Positions 1 to 11,302 are shown, numbered from the stretch's first letter. The stretch: DNA of 64,000 bases from Eledone cirrhosa (GCA_964016885.1 OZ024749.1:43276001-43340000); one strand, 5' to 3'. Numbers and translations are program-made. Notes: generated by a model not told the origin, from the letters alone.

Positions 1-1366
1 GTGTGTGTGTACTGTATGTTGAAGGATCAAGAATATTCCACCCTCGGTGACGCAGTTCAATTTTGAAATGATAATATTGAAAACCCTGCCCCCCCCCCCC
101 CCAAAAAAAAAACAGGAATCGTTACAAACTATTACTAAGTAGTACTGTGTGTTGAATATCCTCGCCTATCATGCAGGGAGACCAGTGCTCCATTGCCTAC
201 CGTGAAGACTTATGCTTTTACTGACAGTCTCCCATTATGGAAACAGCCCGTTACTGGGAGAGGTTACTGAATACAAGTGTAAACCGTTTGTGGTTTGGTG
301 GCGTATTTTTGTTATAATTGGCATTTCTATTTTTCCATTTACAGTCGGGATAAAAGGTTTGTTTATACGATCTAATCGAACCATAGACGAAGTACTACAG
401 GTGCACATGCGTCAATGCATTGGTAGAAACGTTAGCGCGTCTCATAACATTCTTTGTGTTAATTCTCCTGGATAATCTCCAAGGTTAATTTTGCTCTTCA
501 TCTTCCCATGCCCCACCCCCACCTCCAAATTTCTGGCCCTGTGTCTAAATTAGAACCCAATAGAAATATGGTATGAAGATATATGTGTATTACAGTGAGT
601 AGGTTCTCTGAGATTATCAATATATTGGATCGTCAAGTATGAAATCTGTAGAAATATGTAGAGAAAAAGGAAATTTCTACAAATTTCGTACTTGACTACA
701 AATAGATTAATAGGCGAAATCCCATTAGAGGTGTTTAAAATATTAGCACAGACAGCAAGGGAGATAACTTGCATTTAAATCAGTTTTGGACATATAAGCT
801 GATATATATTTATGACTCATTTAGCTATGATGTTGTCTAAATATATGCATAACCTCTAAAGTAAAAGATTGAATGCTATTAGAACATCTAAAACACTATC
901 TCCATAAAATAATCAAGAGAAATCTGTGAAAATAAAATAATATAATAAAATACAATAAAATAAATAGGTATAAAAATGTATATAAAAATAAACAAATTAA
1001 TCACCGGAATGTATAATCATTACAAGCCGATGTTTTTGTATCAAAAACATACTCCGTAAATGTATAGAAAAATACTGGGGGTAGGGGGTGGGGGGGTGGG
1101 GGGGTTGAAATAACAACAAGGAGAAAAGTGGGGCTTATTTTTAATTAGCTTCGGTAGCAGCATTATGATAATTGGATGTTTTCTTTCATACACCAATGAA
1201 CAGGGTTATTAAAATTAGGAATAAGGTCGATGGCGGTAGTTTACGAGGTTACGATGATGATGATAGTGAAGTAGAGGTGAAGGAGGACGAGGAGGGGGGT
1301 CTCTAATATTAATGAGAGAGAAAAAATTAAATTATAATAATGATAATATTAGTGATGGTACAACAT

Positions 1367-1406
<40 letters not shown>

Positions 1407-1450
1407 ACTACTACTACTACAGCTATCATCATCATTATTATTATTATTAT
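1367..1450. repeat. Compound (CTA)n/(TCA)n/(TTA)n microsatellite
   Basis: Trinucleotide runs seen directly. Confidence 0.95.
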
Positions 1451-1455
1451 CTTTA

Positions 1456-1742
1456 TTCTTTGAGTCTCAGTCATTCATGTTATTTAACTGGAAAGTTTGT
1501 TGAAATGAATATCAAGCCACTACCTGCAGCCTCAGATATTCAGGACGTATCGGAGCGTTCTTGCTGTTCCCAGCAAGCATGCCTTTTGAAGTGTTCCAAA
1601 AAGCGGGGCTGGACTAATCTTATTTACCCATCCTTGGAAACTCTTTGAGATAGTCCCTAGTGCGCCTATGACAATCGGGACAACTTTGACTTCATGGCAG
1701 TTCCAAATCCTTTTTACCTCCCACTTTAAGTCCTGGTATCGT
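1456..1742 (-). mobile_element. 5'-truncated R4/Dong-like non-LTR retrotransposon 3' end (RLE C-terminus plus 3' UTR), copy 1
   Basis: Minus strand encodes RYQDLKWEVKRIWNCHEVKVVPIVIGALG...LQKACLLGTARTLRYVLNI*, typical of the R4/Dong/Rex6 restriction-like endonuclease C-terminus. Flanked on both sides by (TAA)n. Confidence 0.85.
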
Positions 1743-1759
1743 ATTATTATTATTATTAT

Positions 1760-1803
<44 letters not shown>

Positions 1804-1944
1804 TCACTGCCATTTCAATAACTACTGTTGTAGCTAATATCGCTCCTAAAATGTAGAAAGAAGAAAGAAAGTGAAAGAGAAGGAGGAGACGGAAGAGGGG
1901 GGGAGAAGAAGAAGAAGAAGAAGAAGAAGAAGAAGAAGAAGAAG

Positions 1945-1985
<41 letters not shown>
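1743..1985. repeat. (TAT)n, (AGT)n, (AAG)n, (AAC)n microsatellite cluster
   Basis: Seen directly. Confidence 0.95.
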
Positions 1986-2275
1986 GATCCCGTTATTTAC
2001 CACCTTTATTTACCACATACAAAATACTGCACATTAAAACCAGTGGCTGGAAGAGTGATAACGAAAACATGTGAAGCAGGACAAACAGGTCACCTAACAC
2101 AGGAAAGCCTGGCTCAATGATGAAATGCAATAAATGTAGTACGGGAAGCAGCTCAGTAATTTTTGAAGCACATTCACAGAATTACAGAACATATAATCGA
2201 ATATAATAAGTCGGGCAATAAACAAACAAGATGCTACATTGGTAGGGGAATCTAGAGTGTTTGTCCCTTCATTTA

Positions 2276-2444
2276 CCGTATTTCCCGGGCGCCGAAAAAG
2301 ATCGCCCTCATGGACGCACCCTAATTTTGACAACCAAAAATTTGAAAAAAAAATAATTAACACCCTTCAGCCTTCAGGACGCATGATAGATATTTGAGAC
2401 TTATTTTAGGAAAAAAGTAGCGTCTTTGACGCCAGGAAATATGG
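2276..2444. mobile_element. TcMar (Tc2/Kanga-like) MITE
   Basis: TA|CCGTATTTCCCGGGCG...CGCCAGGAAATATGG|TA: imperfect terminal inverted repeats with a TA duplication, non-coding. Confidence 0.75.
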
Positions 2445-2535
2445 TACTTCGTACTTACTTACTATACTACATGCATCAACACGTTTCCTGTCTCAACCCA
2501 ACTTCAATACAATGAGTGGGTTCAACTGAGACTAT

Positions 2536-2572
<37 letters not shown>

Positions 2573-2862
2573 AGACAGACAGAGAGAGAGAGAGAGACAC
2601 AGACAGACAGATGGGAATGGGGTTGCTAAATATCCTACGTAGAGTGATGGAACATTGGAGTTTATGATTGTGAAGTGATGCCTGCGTCCACTCACTCTCT
2701 CTCTGTATATATATTCTGTGTGTTTAAGTGTATACACATATTATATGTATATACATACATATATATATATATATATGGGGGTGAGTGGGGCGCATGTCTG
2801 CGTGTATATAAAAAGATATATATATATATTAATTAGAAAGTGAACAACACAAAATATAACTT

Positions 2863-2930
2863 CTCCATTACCAAAGGTTTCTGGATCCCAGACAATATTA
2901 ATATACGTCTGGATCGGTCGTCAGACAGAG
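2863..2930 (-). ncRNA. Type I hammerhead ribozyme, core intact, base of stem II decayed
   Basis: Minus strand: CTCTGT-CTGACGA-ccGATCCAGACG...TGTCTgGGATCca-GAAA-CCtttGG-TA-ATGGAG. Stem I has 6 pairs including G-U, and the cleavage triplet is GUA. Confidence 0.7.
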
Positions 2931-3028
2931 ATGTTATGGATAGAAAATATGAAATGAGATTTAAAATCGCACTGTTCTATACATAGAGCACACTTTTTCC
3001 CTTTGCTTTTTCTTCGGAATTATCTAAC

Positions 3029-3071
<43 letters not shown>

Positions 3072-3074
<3 letters not shown>

Positions 3075-3235
3075 CGAAGGAAATGTGGTAAGGAACCAGG
3101 TGGACCATAACGCACCAAAGTACTCAATACTTGAGGTAGTAGAGTGGGTAATAGGAACCAGTAAGACCCCGACAGCTAATTCTATTAGCCGTCGAAACGG
3201 CTTGAGCTCAGCTGTCGGGGTCTTACTGGTTCCTA
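3072..3235 (-). mobile_element. TA-embedded fold-back element family A, copy 1
   Basis: Tail TAACGAAGGAAATGTGG...GGAACCAGTAAGACCCCGAC plus an inverted arm ending ACTGGTTCCTA. (TA)n on both sides. Confidence 0.85.
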
Positions 3236-3249
3236 TATATATATATATA

Positions 3250-3391
3250 TAGGAACGAGTAGGACCCCGACGGCTGAGCTCAAGCCGTTTCGACGGCTAA
3301 TTCTGGACTAATTAGTCACTCTATTACCCTAAGTATTGAGTACTTTGGTGCGTTATGCTCCATCTGGTTCCTTACCACATTTCCTTCGTTA
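3250..3391 (+). mobile_element. Fold-back family A, copy 2 (internally deleted)
   Basis: Inverted arm TAGGAACGAGTAGGACCCCGAC... followed by tail ...CATTTCCTTCGTTA, within (TA)n. Confidence 0.85.
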
Positions 3392-3502
3392 TATATATAT
3401 ATATATATGTATATAGTGTATAAATATATATGTATACACACACATATATATATATAGAGAGAGAGATAGATAGATAGATATATATATATACATATACATA
3501 TA

Positions 3503-3728
3503 TAGTAATAATAATAAATTTGAAGACTAAAATCCAAAGAGGGGTCGATAAGGATAAATATATATCAAATATATAAGAACCGTAGAGAAAATATTTATTA
3601 AAATAAGAGATAAAAGTTTAAGCAAAGAATCGCTGCTTTCACCCTTAACGGGATCTGCAGAAGGTCCCGTTAAGAATGAAAGCAGCGATTCTTTGCTTAA
3701 ACTTTAATCTCTTATTTTAATAAATATA
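3503..3728 (-). mobile_element. TA-embedded fold-back element family C
   Basis: Inverted repeat 3591-3728 (about 65-bp arms) plus a tail at 3503-3590. The tail recurs at 13324-13393 and 44527-44618. Confidence 0.8.
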
Positions 3729-3931
3729 TATATATATATATATATTTAATACATTAACAGAGAAAGCTTTAAGCAATACTCCGACCGGCTTCCGTCTCAC
3801 TCAACAAACATTAGGATTTACCTTAGTATAATCCCAATTTTACGTTTGGGGTGCTAACTATACGTATTTTGCGGATACCCAGTTGTATTATTTTATATGA
3901 GACATAATTAAAATACATCTCTTTTTCCACA

Positions 3932-4117
3932 GGACGGTGGATTGGCAGTATCGGTAAAGTGTCGGGCGCCATGCTTTGAAGCATGGAGCTACCTCCCTTT
4001 ATGATCTGAGTTCAAATCCCGCCGAGGTTAACTTTGCCTTTCATCCTTACGGGGTCGATAAAATAAAGTACCAGTCACGCACTGGATAATTGCTGGCCTT
4101 GTGCCAAAAGTAGAAAG

Positions 4118-4121
<4 letters not shown>
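3932..4121 (+). mobile_element. Octopus-type tRNA-derived SINE (family 1)
   Basis: A-box TGGCAGTATCGG, B-box GTTCAAATCCC, central GCCTTTCATCCTTACGGGGTCGATAAA (Nin/Deu-like). About 16 copies in the window. Confidence 0.9.
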
Positions 4122-4163
<42 letters not shown>

Positions 4164-4677
4164 ATGTTTATGCGTGTAACTATGTGTCTGTCTGTGTGCC
4201 TGTCCGTGTGCTGGGACACTTATATAGATATATTACAAGAAGGTGTATTTCTCTGTGTAATGTTAACATTACATACAATCGATTCTATGTGATGTTAAAC
4301 AAATTAACACAGTATTTACACCTATAGCCACACTTTCTACTTAATTACATTAGAAATATAACCGTTAGATTCTACATGTAACCTCTTAATAGAAGCCGAT
4401 TAAACAGATACGTCATGCAAGCTGATGTACCGAGGTCGGTGTTATTTCAACATTTCAACCTCTCTTTAATATTAAACAGATACATTTACACTAATGACTA
4501 TATTAGTTCAATAAACATAATAGTTTTAAGAGATCGTTTTATAATTACTAATGTGCACACATATAATAATAAATCAAAAGTGATGTGTTTAGTAATCCAC
4601 GATTACATACAGGCATACATTTTCACATACACACACACACTCACACACACACACACACACATATACATATATATATA

Positions 4678-4839
4678 TAGGAAAATGTTTAACCCCGACG
4701 GCAGAGCTCAAGCCGTTTCTGGAGTCCAGAAATAGCCGTCGAAACGGCTTGAGCTCTGCCGTCGGGGTTAAACATTTTCCTATTACCCACTGGTGCGTTA
4801 TGGTCCATCGGGTTCCTTACCTTACCACACCTCCTTCGT

Positions 4840-4840
<1 letters not shown>
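4678..4840 (+). mobile_element. Fold-back family A, copy 3 (divergent variant)
   Basis: Same motifs as the other copies. Variant bases (GGAAAATGTTTAACCCC / GGGGTTAAACATTTTCC) are mirrored in both arms. Confidence 0.8.
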
Positions 4841-4897
<57 letters not shown>

Positions 4898-4901
<4 letters not shown>

Positions 4902-5095
4902 AACGAGTAGGACCCCGACGGCTGAGCTTAAGCCGTTTCGACGGCTAATTCTGGAGGTAGTCCAGAATTAGCCGTCGAAACGGCTTGAGCTCATCCGTCG
5001 GGGTCCTACTCGTACCTATTACCCACTCTACTACCCTAAGTATTGAGTACTTTGGTGCGTTATGGTCCACCTGGTTCCTTACCACATTTCCTTCG

Positions 5096-5098
<3 letters not shown>
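4898..5098 (+). mobile_element. Fold-back family A, copy 4
   Basis: About 58-bp inverted arm plus a full long arm and tail, within (TA)n. Confidence 0.9.
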
Positions 5099-5151
<53 letters not shown>

Positions 5152-5172
5152 GTGGTTGCACAACAGTTAGTT

Positions 5173-5223
5173 CACCATACCGAGAACAATTGTTTCACCT
5201 TAGCGGATATTCAGCTCGGGGTG
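5173..5223 (-). ncRNA. Minimal type I hammerhead-like motif with a core variant
   Basis: Minus strand: CCGAG-CTGAATA-tCCgctaaGGt-GAAAC-AATT-GTT-CTCGG. Stem I is perfect and stem III is palindromic (ACAATTGT). The core G8 is replaced by U. Confidence 0.6.
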
Positions 5224-5274
5224 TGCATGGACTGAGTGCTCTACCACTACGCATATTACCTTCCAGTGTTCCAC

Positions 5275-5315
<41 letters not shown>

Positions 5316-5318
<3 letters not shown>

Positions 5319-5520
5319 TTTAGTACAGCATTAACGAAGCTTTAGAACACGGCCAAGCTAACGAATGCATAATCGGTCTGTAGTTTTAGCACTCGGATGA
5401 GGAAGAACGCCAGAGTAATAACATTACGTTCAGACAGCTTAGCAAATCAGATATAGCGGTCGGCAGTCCAGCCGCATCACTAAAGCAACGAAAATACAGG
5501 AGCCAGGAAAAGATTTTATA
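5316..5520. repeat. Dispersed TA-associated repeat family D, copy 1
   Basis: Highly similar reverse-complement copy at 50781-50987. Confidence 0.85.
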
Positions 5521-5679
5521 CTGACCCGGACAGAGCGGTGAGGTTGAGTGCAGAATATATAACTTACATCGTATATCACACAATATACATCACATACAAC
5601 ACCCAACATCAGCGCTAAGTTTCTGCAATTCCAAGATCGATAAATTCGAGAAAAACCACAGACCCTCCATCTCAACTCA

Positions 5680-5717
5680 CCTTTTGAAAAGCAGAAGAAC
5701 TGCGAAACCGGTAAAGG
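5680..5717 (+). ncRNA. Decayed minimal hammerhead motif
   Basis: CCTT-tTGAAaA-GCAGaagaaCTGC-GAAA-CCGG-TA-AAGG. All three stems are present, with two substitutions in the CUGANGA box. Confidence 0.55.
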
Positions 5718-5786
5718 AACCAAATAAATATATATATTTAAAAAAAAAATAAGACTTCAGTTGCATTTTCGATTTCATCCCTTTTT

Positions 5787-5860
<74 letters not shown>

Positions 5861-7752
5861 CCGTATGTGGTTGTCGGCTGAGTGAATAGAGTACTTAGTA
5901 CCGAAGTACAGTTTAAATATTTGGGGCTATACTCCGGAGTAACCAGACTCGGTATTTAGCCATAATAAAGTGAATATACACCCAATATATACGTATGTAT
6001 GTTTATGTGTGTGCGTATGTGTGTATGTGTATGATTGTGTCTCTGTCTGTGTCCTTGTGTTTGTATAATAATGTTGATATACAACACAGGGCATGTCGTG
6101 AATTCTTAGAACTTTCCATTCTAAATTATTTCACGTTTCTGCAGTCGAGAATTGTTATAGATATAATTCAAAGGGCCAGTCTTATGAAACACTCTGTCAC
6201 GCTAAATCTTCCTAAAAACTACGGTAAGTGTGGAATTACTCAGGCAGCAGATTGTTCTTTCGTAAAAATAAATGGAACTCCTATCGTAATTCCGACGCTC
6301 ACTCACACACTGTCCCTTTTCGTTTTCGTTTTTCGTCCCACTTCAATATCTGTGATACATATGATTTCCGTGATATGAAGAGACAGATTCACATAGCATC
6401 TATGTTATTGACTATATAAAAATCAACATGAATATTTCAAAGACAACACATTAAGCAGCCATATTAAATTGTATTACATGTACTATAACCAGTACATGAT
6501 ACCTGACCAAGATTGTTACATATATTAATATCACCACGTGAGTATTAATGCAATAAATAATAACTGGACGCCATTGCTAACTATATCCAAGGGAATCCTA
6601 AGTATACACATATGTATATATTTATGTTCGCATCAATACAATCAAATCGATCCTCGTATGAGTTTGTTAATAACGGTAGCTGTTTATGTGTCCAACTAAA
6701 TGCATGTCCATCGCCATCAATTTACTTTAAATTGAAATCTATTAATGTTCCTATGTAATGGACAATGTACCATAAAAAAAACACATCACAGGTTTGTTTA
6801 GCGTAACATATATTAGTTGAGAAATATGGATAAAATATAAAACATGAAATACAAAATTATCGATTCCCAGATGTAGTAGACATTAGGTTTAGGCAATTCC
6901 GAAGATGATGTTTATTTGTTATTCTGTTCTGTTGAATATACACATGTTTTCATGATAGTTACATTTACATGAGCGTTCTATGAACATACTAGTTAGTTCT
7001 TTATGATAGCAGTGTGATAAAAAAAAAAGCTAGAATATTTATTTTTTCGAAATGATGGTAGGCTATATGTATATATTACATTCAAACATGGTATATAGTT
7101 CTCCTTAGAATAAAATAATCTTTATGAAATATGTATTTCAGGCGACACTCTGTTTTTACATTTTATTTGCAACAACAAATATAATGGACGTAATATAAAT
7201 AAGAGTTTAAAATATAGGAATATAGGTGTATCATATACAACACATGCTTAATGTGTGTGTAAGAATTCGGAAAACATTCTTATAAACGATGTATGTTCAG
7301 TTATACATGCAATACAAAGGATGGAAATATTCAGTGAAGTTTTACTCATTCAACACCAATACTATCTCAAGGTCAATATAACTAGATAACTAGGAAAATA
7401 ATCAAAACTACGGGGGAAATAACGGAGGCTGTGTGGTTAAATCTTCGCTAGGCAACCATATGATTTTAAGATAGACACAATTGAAGATGTCACATGTTTG
7501 TGTCTAAATATATAATAGAAAATATATCATAATACTGGGCATGACAGCATATATATGTTTGTTTAATTGCAATTAATGCATGTGTAGACTGTGTTCAGCA
7601 CTCATTACTATACTAAGAAAAGATGAAGCCGTGTTGACACAAAAGGCGGGAGAGAGGATTGCTACCTAATATCAAGAGGTATTACAGATTAACAGATTAT
7701 ACCAATGCACACACACACACAATATAAATATACATATATATATACACCCACC

Positions 7753-7807
<55 letters not shown>

Positions 7808-7822
7808 CGGCGATGAATTTGT

Positions 7823-7878
<56 letters not shown>

Positions 7879-8355
7879 TATATGTAAACTAAGATAGAAA
7901 ACAATAACCAAAACACAGTCACCCAAACGTGAACACACATCAAACACTATACACACACGCAAACATATGCGCAGAGAAGACAAAAATAAATAAAGAAAGA
8001 AATAAAGAAATAAACAGATTAAATAAAGATGGCGTAAACATACAATACAACAGGAGGAAACATAATAGCACCACTGACGATGTTGCAGATATGCAATGAA
8101 AGAACTTTGTTAGACTATATATATGTATTTGTGTCTATATTATATCTGTACTTTTCACCGTTGGTCAGTCAATGGTAAACATTGAGGACCGAATAAATTA
8201 ACTGATATGAAAGATACAGAAGCGAAAACCAACCAAACAGTGAGTGTGTTCTGTGATTAATTCTGGCAATATTATTACAACAATATGACCCTCCCCAAGT
8301 ATAACAATATATATATGTGTATATATATATATACATACATATATACATTAGTGAA

Positions 8356-8568
8356 GGCGTGTGGCTGAGTGGTTAGAGAATTGAATTCGCAATCGTAAGG
8401 TTGTGAGTTCGTTTCCTGGACCAGGCGATGCGTCCTTGAGCAAGACACTTTATTTCACGTTGCTCCTTCTACCTGGAGTTGCGACCGATAGATAGTATTA
8501 GCAATTGGAAAGACCAACGGAAACATTGTTCCCTCGGTCCGATTTGACGAAGGTCGATCGTTCCTTTC
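8356..8568 (+). mobile_element. tRNA-derived SINE family 2, copy 1
   Basis: A-box TGGCTGAGTGG, B-box-like GAGTTCGTTTCC, CORE/V-like CCTTGAGCAAGACACTT. A second copy is at 27773-27991. Confidence 0.85.
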
Positions 8569-9020
8569 ATATATACATATATATATATAGAAAAGCAGCT
8601 GTCTTTAATCGAGGATATTTATTAAGTAACTTCAGAAATGCATATATTTCCAGCCGAAGACAAAACCAAAACTCTGTTTCATTTGCAACCAATATATGCA
8701 AGTATAAAAGAAATGAACGAGGACATCTCCAGAAGAAAAAAAGATGAAATGAGAAGTAAGCCAAAATTCATTGAAACTACCAAATAGATCTGTCACATTT
8801 TATGATATATTTCGTATGAGTAAAGTATGCAAACACCTATTTTTTATTCTTATTGACATTGCATTAATAGAAAAAGTAATAAAGAAATCAAACTCGATTT
8901 GATTGCCTACCAATAAATGTCCAAAACTGTATCAGGGAAACAATATATTGGTATTTTGATTTTTTTTTACATTCATTTATTATATTTTCAAAGATTATTA
9001 TTATTATTATTATTGTTGTT

Positions 9021-9397
9021 GTTCTTTGAGTCTCAGTCATTCATGTTAGTTAACTGTAAAGTTTGTTGAAATGAATATCAAGCCACTACCTGCAGCCTCA
9101 GATATTCAGGACGTATCGCAGGGTTCTTGCTGTTCCCAGCAAGCATGCCTTTTGAAGTGTTCCAAAAAGCGGGGCTGGACTAATCTTATTTAACCATCTT
9201 TGGAAACTGTTTGAGATAGTACCTAGTGCTCCTATGACAATCGGGATGACTTTGACTTCATGGCAGTTCCAAATCCTTTTTACCTCCCACTTTAAGTCCT
9301 GATATCGGTTAATTTCCTCCCTCTCCTTTTCTTGCACCCTCGTGTCAAATGGGCAGGCTACATCTACAATCAGGCATGATCTTTTTTCCTTGTCCAT
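9021..9397 (-). mobile_element. R4/Dong-like retrotransposon 3' end, copy 2 (longest)
   Basis: DKEKRSCLIVDVACPFDTRVQEKEREEINRYQDLKWE...RYVLNI*, an RLE PD-(D/E)xK region. (TAA)n on both sides. Confidence 0.88.
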
Positions 9398-9413
9398 ATT
9401 ATTATTATTATTA

Positions 9414-9796
9414 TTTTTCAAATTTCATTTGAAAAGGAAAATCAGGGTAGAGAGGGAAGTGCTCTCTTCCCAGCATTTTGTTGAAAGATGGGTGAGAGAA
9501 GCAAGAATGGCCCGAGTGAATGAGCCTACTCTGAGTATGTGTCTGTAAATTAAAGGTGGAAAACTTGGAGAGGGCACTTGCCCTGGTGGTCAGGGTCACT
9601 GTGGCCTTTTAATGTGCTTTCTCCACAAATGTCCCTCCGAAGTCTCCTCCCTATTGTGGAATTTTTCATTGTTATTTTTATTACATCCTCTGTTTTTGTT
9701 TTTTACACGCAGAAATGCCCATTTGTACCGTCCTCTATTGTCCTGTACTGTCCTTAATGTCTACTTTGTGTAAGCCCCTGTGGTTAATAAAGAAAG

Positions 9797-9797
<1 letters not shown>
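9414..9797 (+). mobile_element. Probable Tx1/L1-clade LINE 3' end
   Basis: FFKFHLKRKIRVEREVLSSQHFVERWVRE...* resembles Tx1 ORF2 C-termini (F..RW). The UTR ends CCCCTGTGGTTAATAAAGAAA, and a related tail is at 39616-39857. Confidence 0.55.
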
Positions 9798-9830
<33 letters not shown>

Positions 9831-9839
9831 GCTATTGTT

Positions 9840-10040
9840 ATTCCTTGAATCTCAGTCATTGATGTTGGTTAACTGGAAAGTCCGTTGGATTGAATATCAA
9901 GCCACTACCTGCAGCCTCAAATATTCAGGACGTATCGGAGGGTTCTTGCTGTTCCCAGCAAGCATGCCTTTTGAAGCGTTCCAAAAAGCGTGAAGGGGCC
10001 AATTTTCTTTAACCATCCCTGGAAACTCTTTGAGATAGTC

Positions 10041-10041
<1 letters not shown>
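9840..10041 (-). mobile_element. R4/Dong-like retrotransposon 3' end, copy 3 (diverged)
   Basis: Homologous to 1456-1660 and bounded by (TAA)n. Confidence 0.85.
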
Positions 10042-10090
<49 letters not shown>

Positions 10091-10669
10091 GAGTCTACTA
10101 TCTAATAGAGCCTTTATAAAAATTCAAGATGGGGAAACAACAAGAGGATGGTAAACATCACACGGCAATCAACGTCGAAAATATATTTTTGTAACAAACA
10201 TTAATCGATATATATCATAAATATATCGATGACTTTGAAATATCATATTGCACAATTTCTAGATGTCAATGATATATTCAGAGAATATAATTACAGAAAG
10301 ATTCATTATTTTTAAAAAGCCCCCCCCCCACACACACACGCGCACACATACTTATATATGTATATATATATATGTATATACATCTATATATATGTATATA
10401 TGTATATATATACATACATATATGTGTATGCTGGCGGTAGACAATAGGTGTAGATTATTTTCAAATGTCGAGGTATCAATTATGTGAAATGGATCTCCAC
10501 CATTAAAATCTTTAAATAGAGTGAAGGAATTAGTTAAACAAGAATGTATCTTATCCTCGATCGATCTCTTTAGTTTAATTATTTTCTTGCTATTTTATTC
10601 AACTCTTCTGCTAATAAAATTAGAACGTGATACTTTAAACATTTGAAGTTCAAAGACATTAAAAATTAA

Positions 10670-10851
10670 ATTGGCAGTATCGGTAGAGGGTCGGACGCCA
10701 TGCTTTGACGCATAGAGTTACGGCCCTTGCCATTCTGAGTTCAAATCCCGCCGAGGTTAACTTTGCCTTTCATCCTTACGGGGTCGATAAAATAAAGTAC
10801 CAGTAATGTACTTGGATAATTGCTGGCCTTGTGCCAAAAGTAGAAACAATT
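10670..10851 (+). mobile_element. SINE family 1
   Basis: Family match, with TSD ATTAAAAATTAAAT. Confidence 0.9.
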
Positions 10852-11198
10852 AAAAATTAAATAAAATAATTTCTTGAGTTTAGAGGCTCAATGATCCGGC
10901 GCGGGTCGCCTGATTTAAATTGCGTTAAGTAAATGAGAATATAGGTATTCTCTTAGATGGGACGTCGGTCTTTCGAAACATTAACTACCAGGAATTGGGA
11001 GTACACATTTCTTTTAGCAGCCTGAGACAAAGTCCTTACCCAACTAGACAACGAATCTTTAATTACACGATTGTGCGCTCAACTTACTCACCACAAAACT
11101 CTGTTTCTTTTATCGAGTATCTTATGTAGCTCTAAATACATATAATGTTCTCTACCATTTACTTGTAAGTTTTTCACACCACACCCACACACAATACA

Positions 11199-11199
11199 T

Positions 11200-11230
<31 letters not shown>

Positions 11231-11268
11231 TCATATATTTATACATATATATATATTCATATACATAT

Positions 11269-11302
<34 letters not shown>

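Noticed and set aside
8356-8430. SINE heads as genuine tRNA genes
   Set aside because: No complete cloverleaf, and they continue into SINE bodies present in multiple copies.
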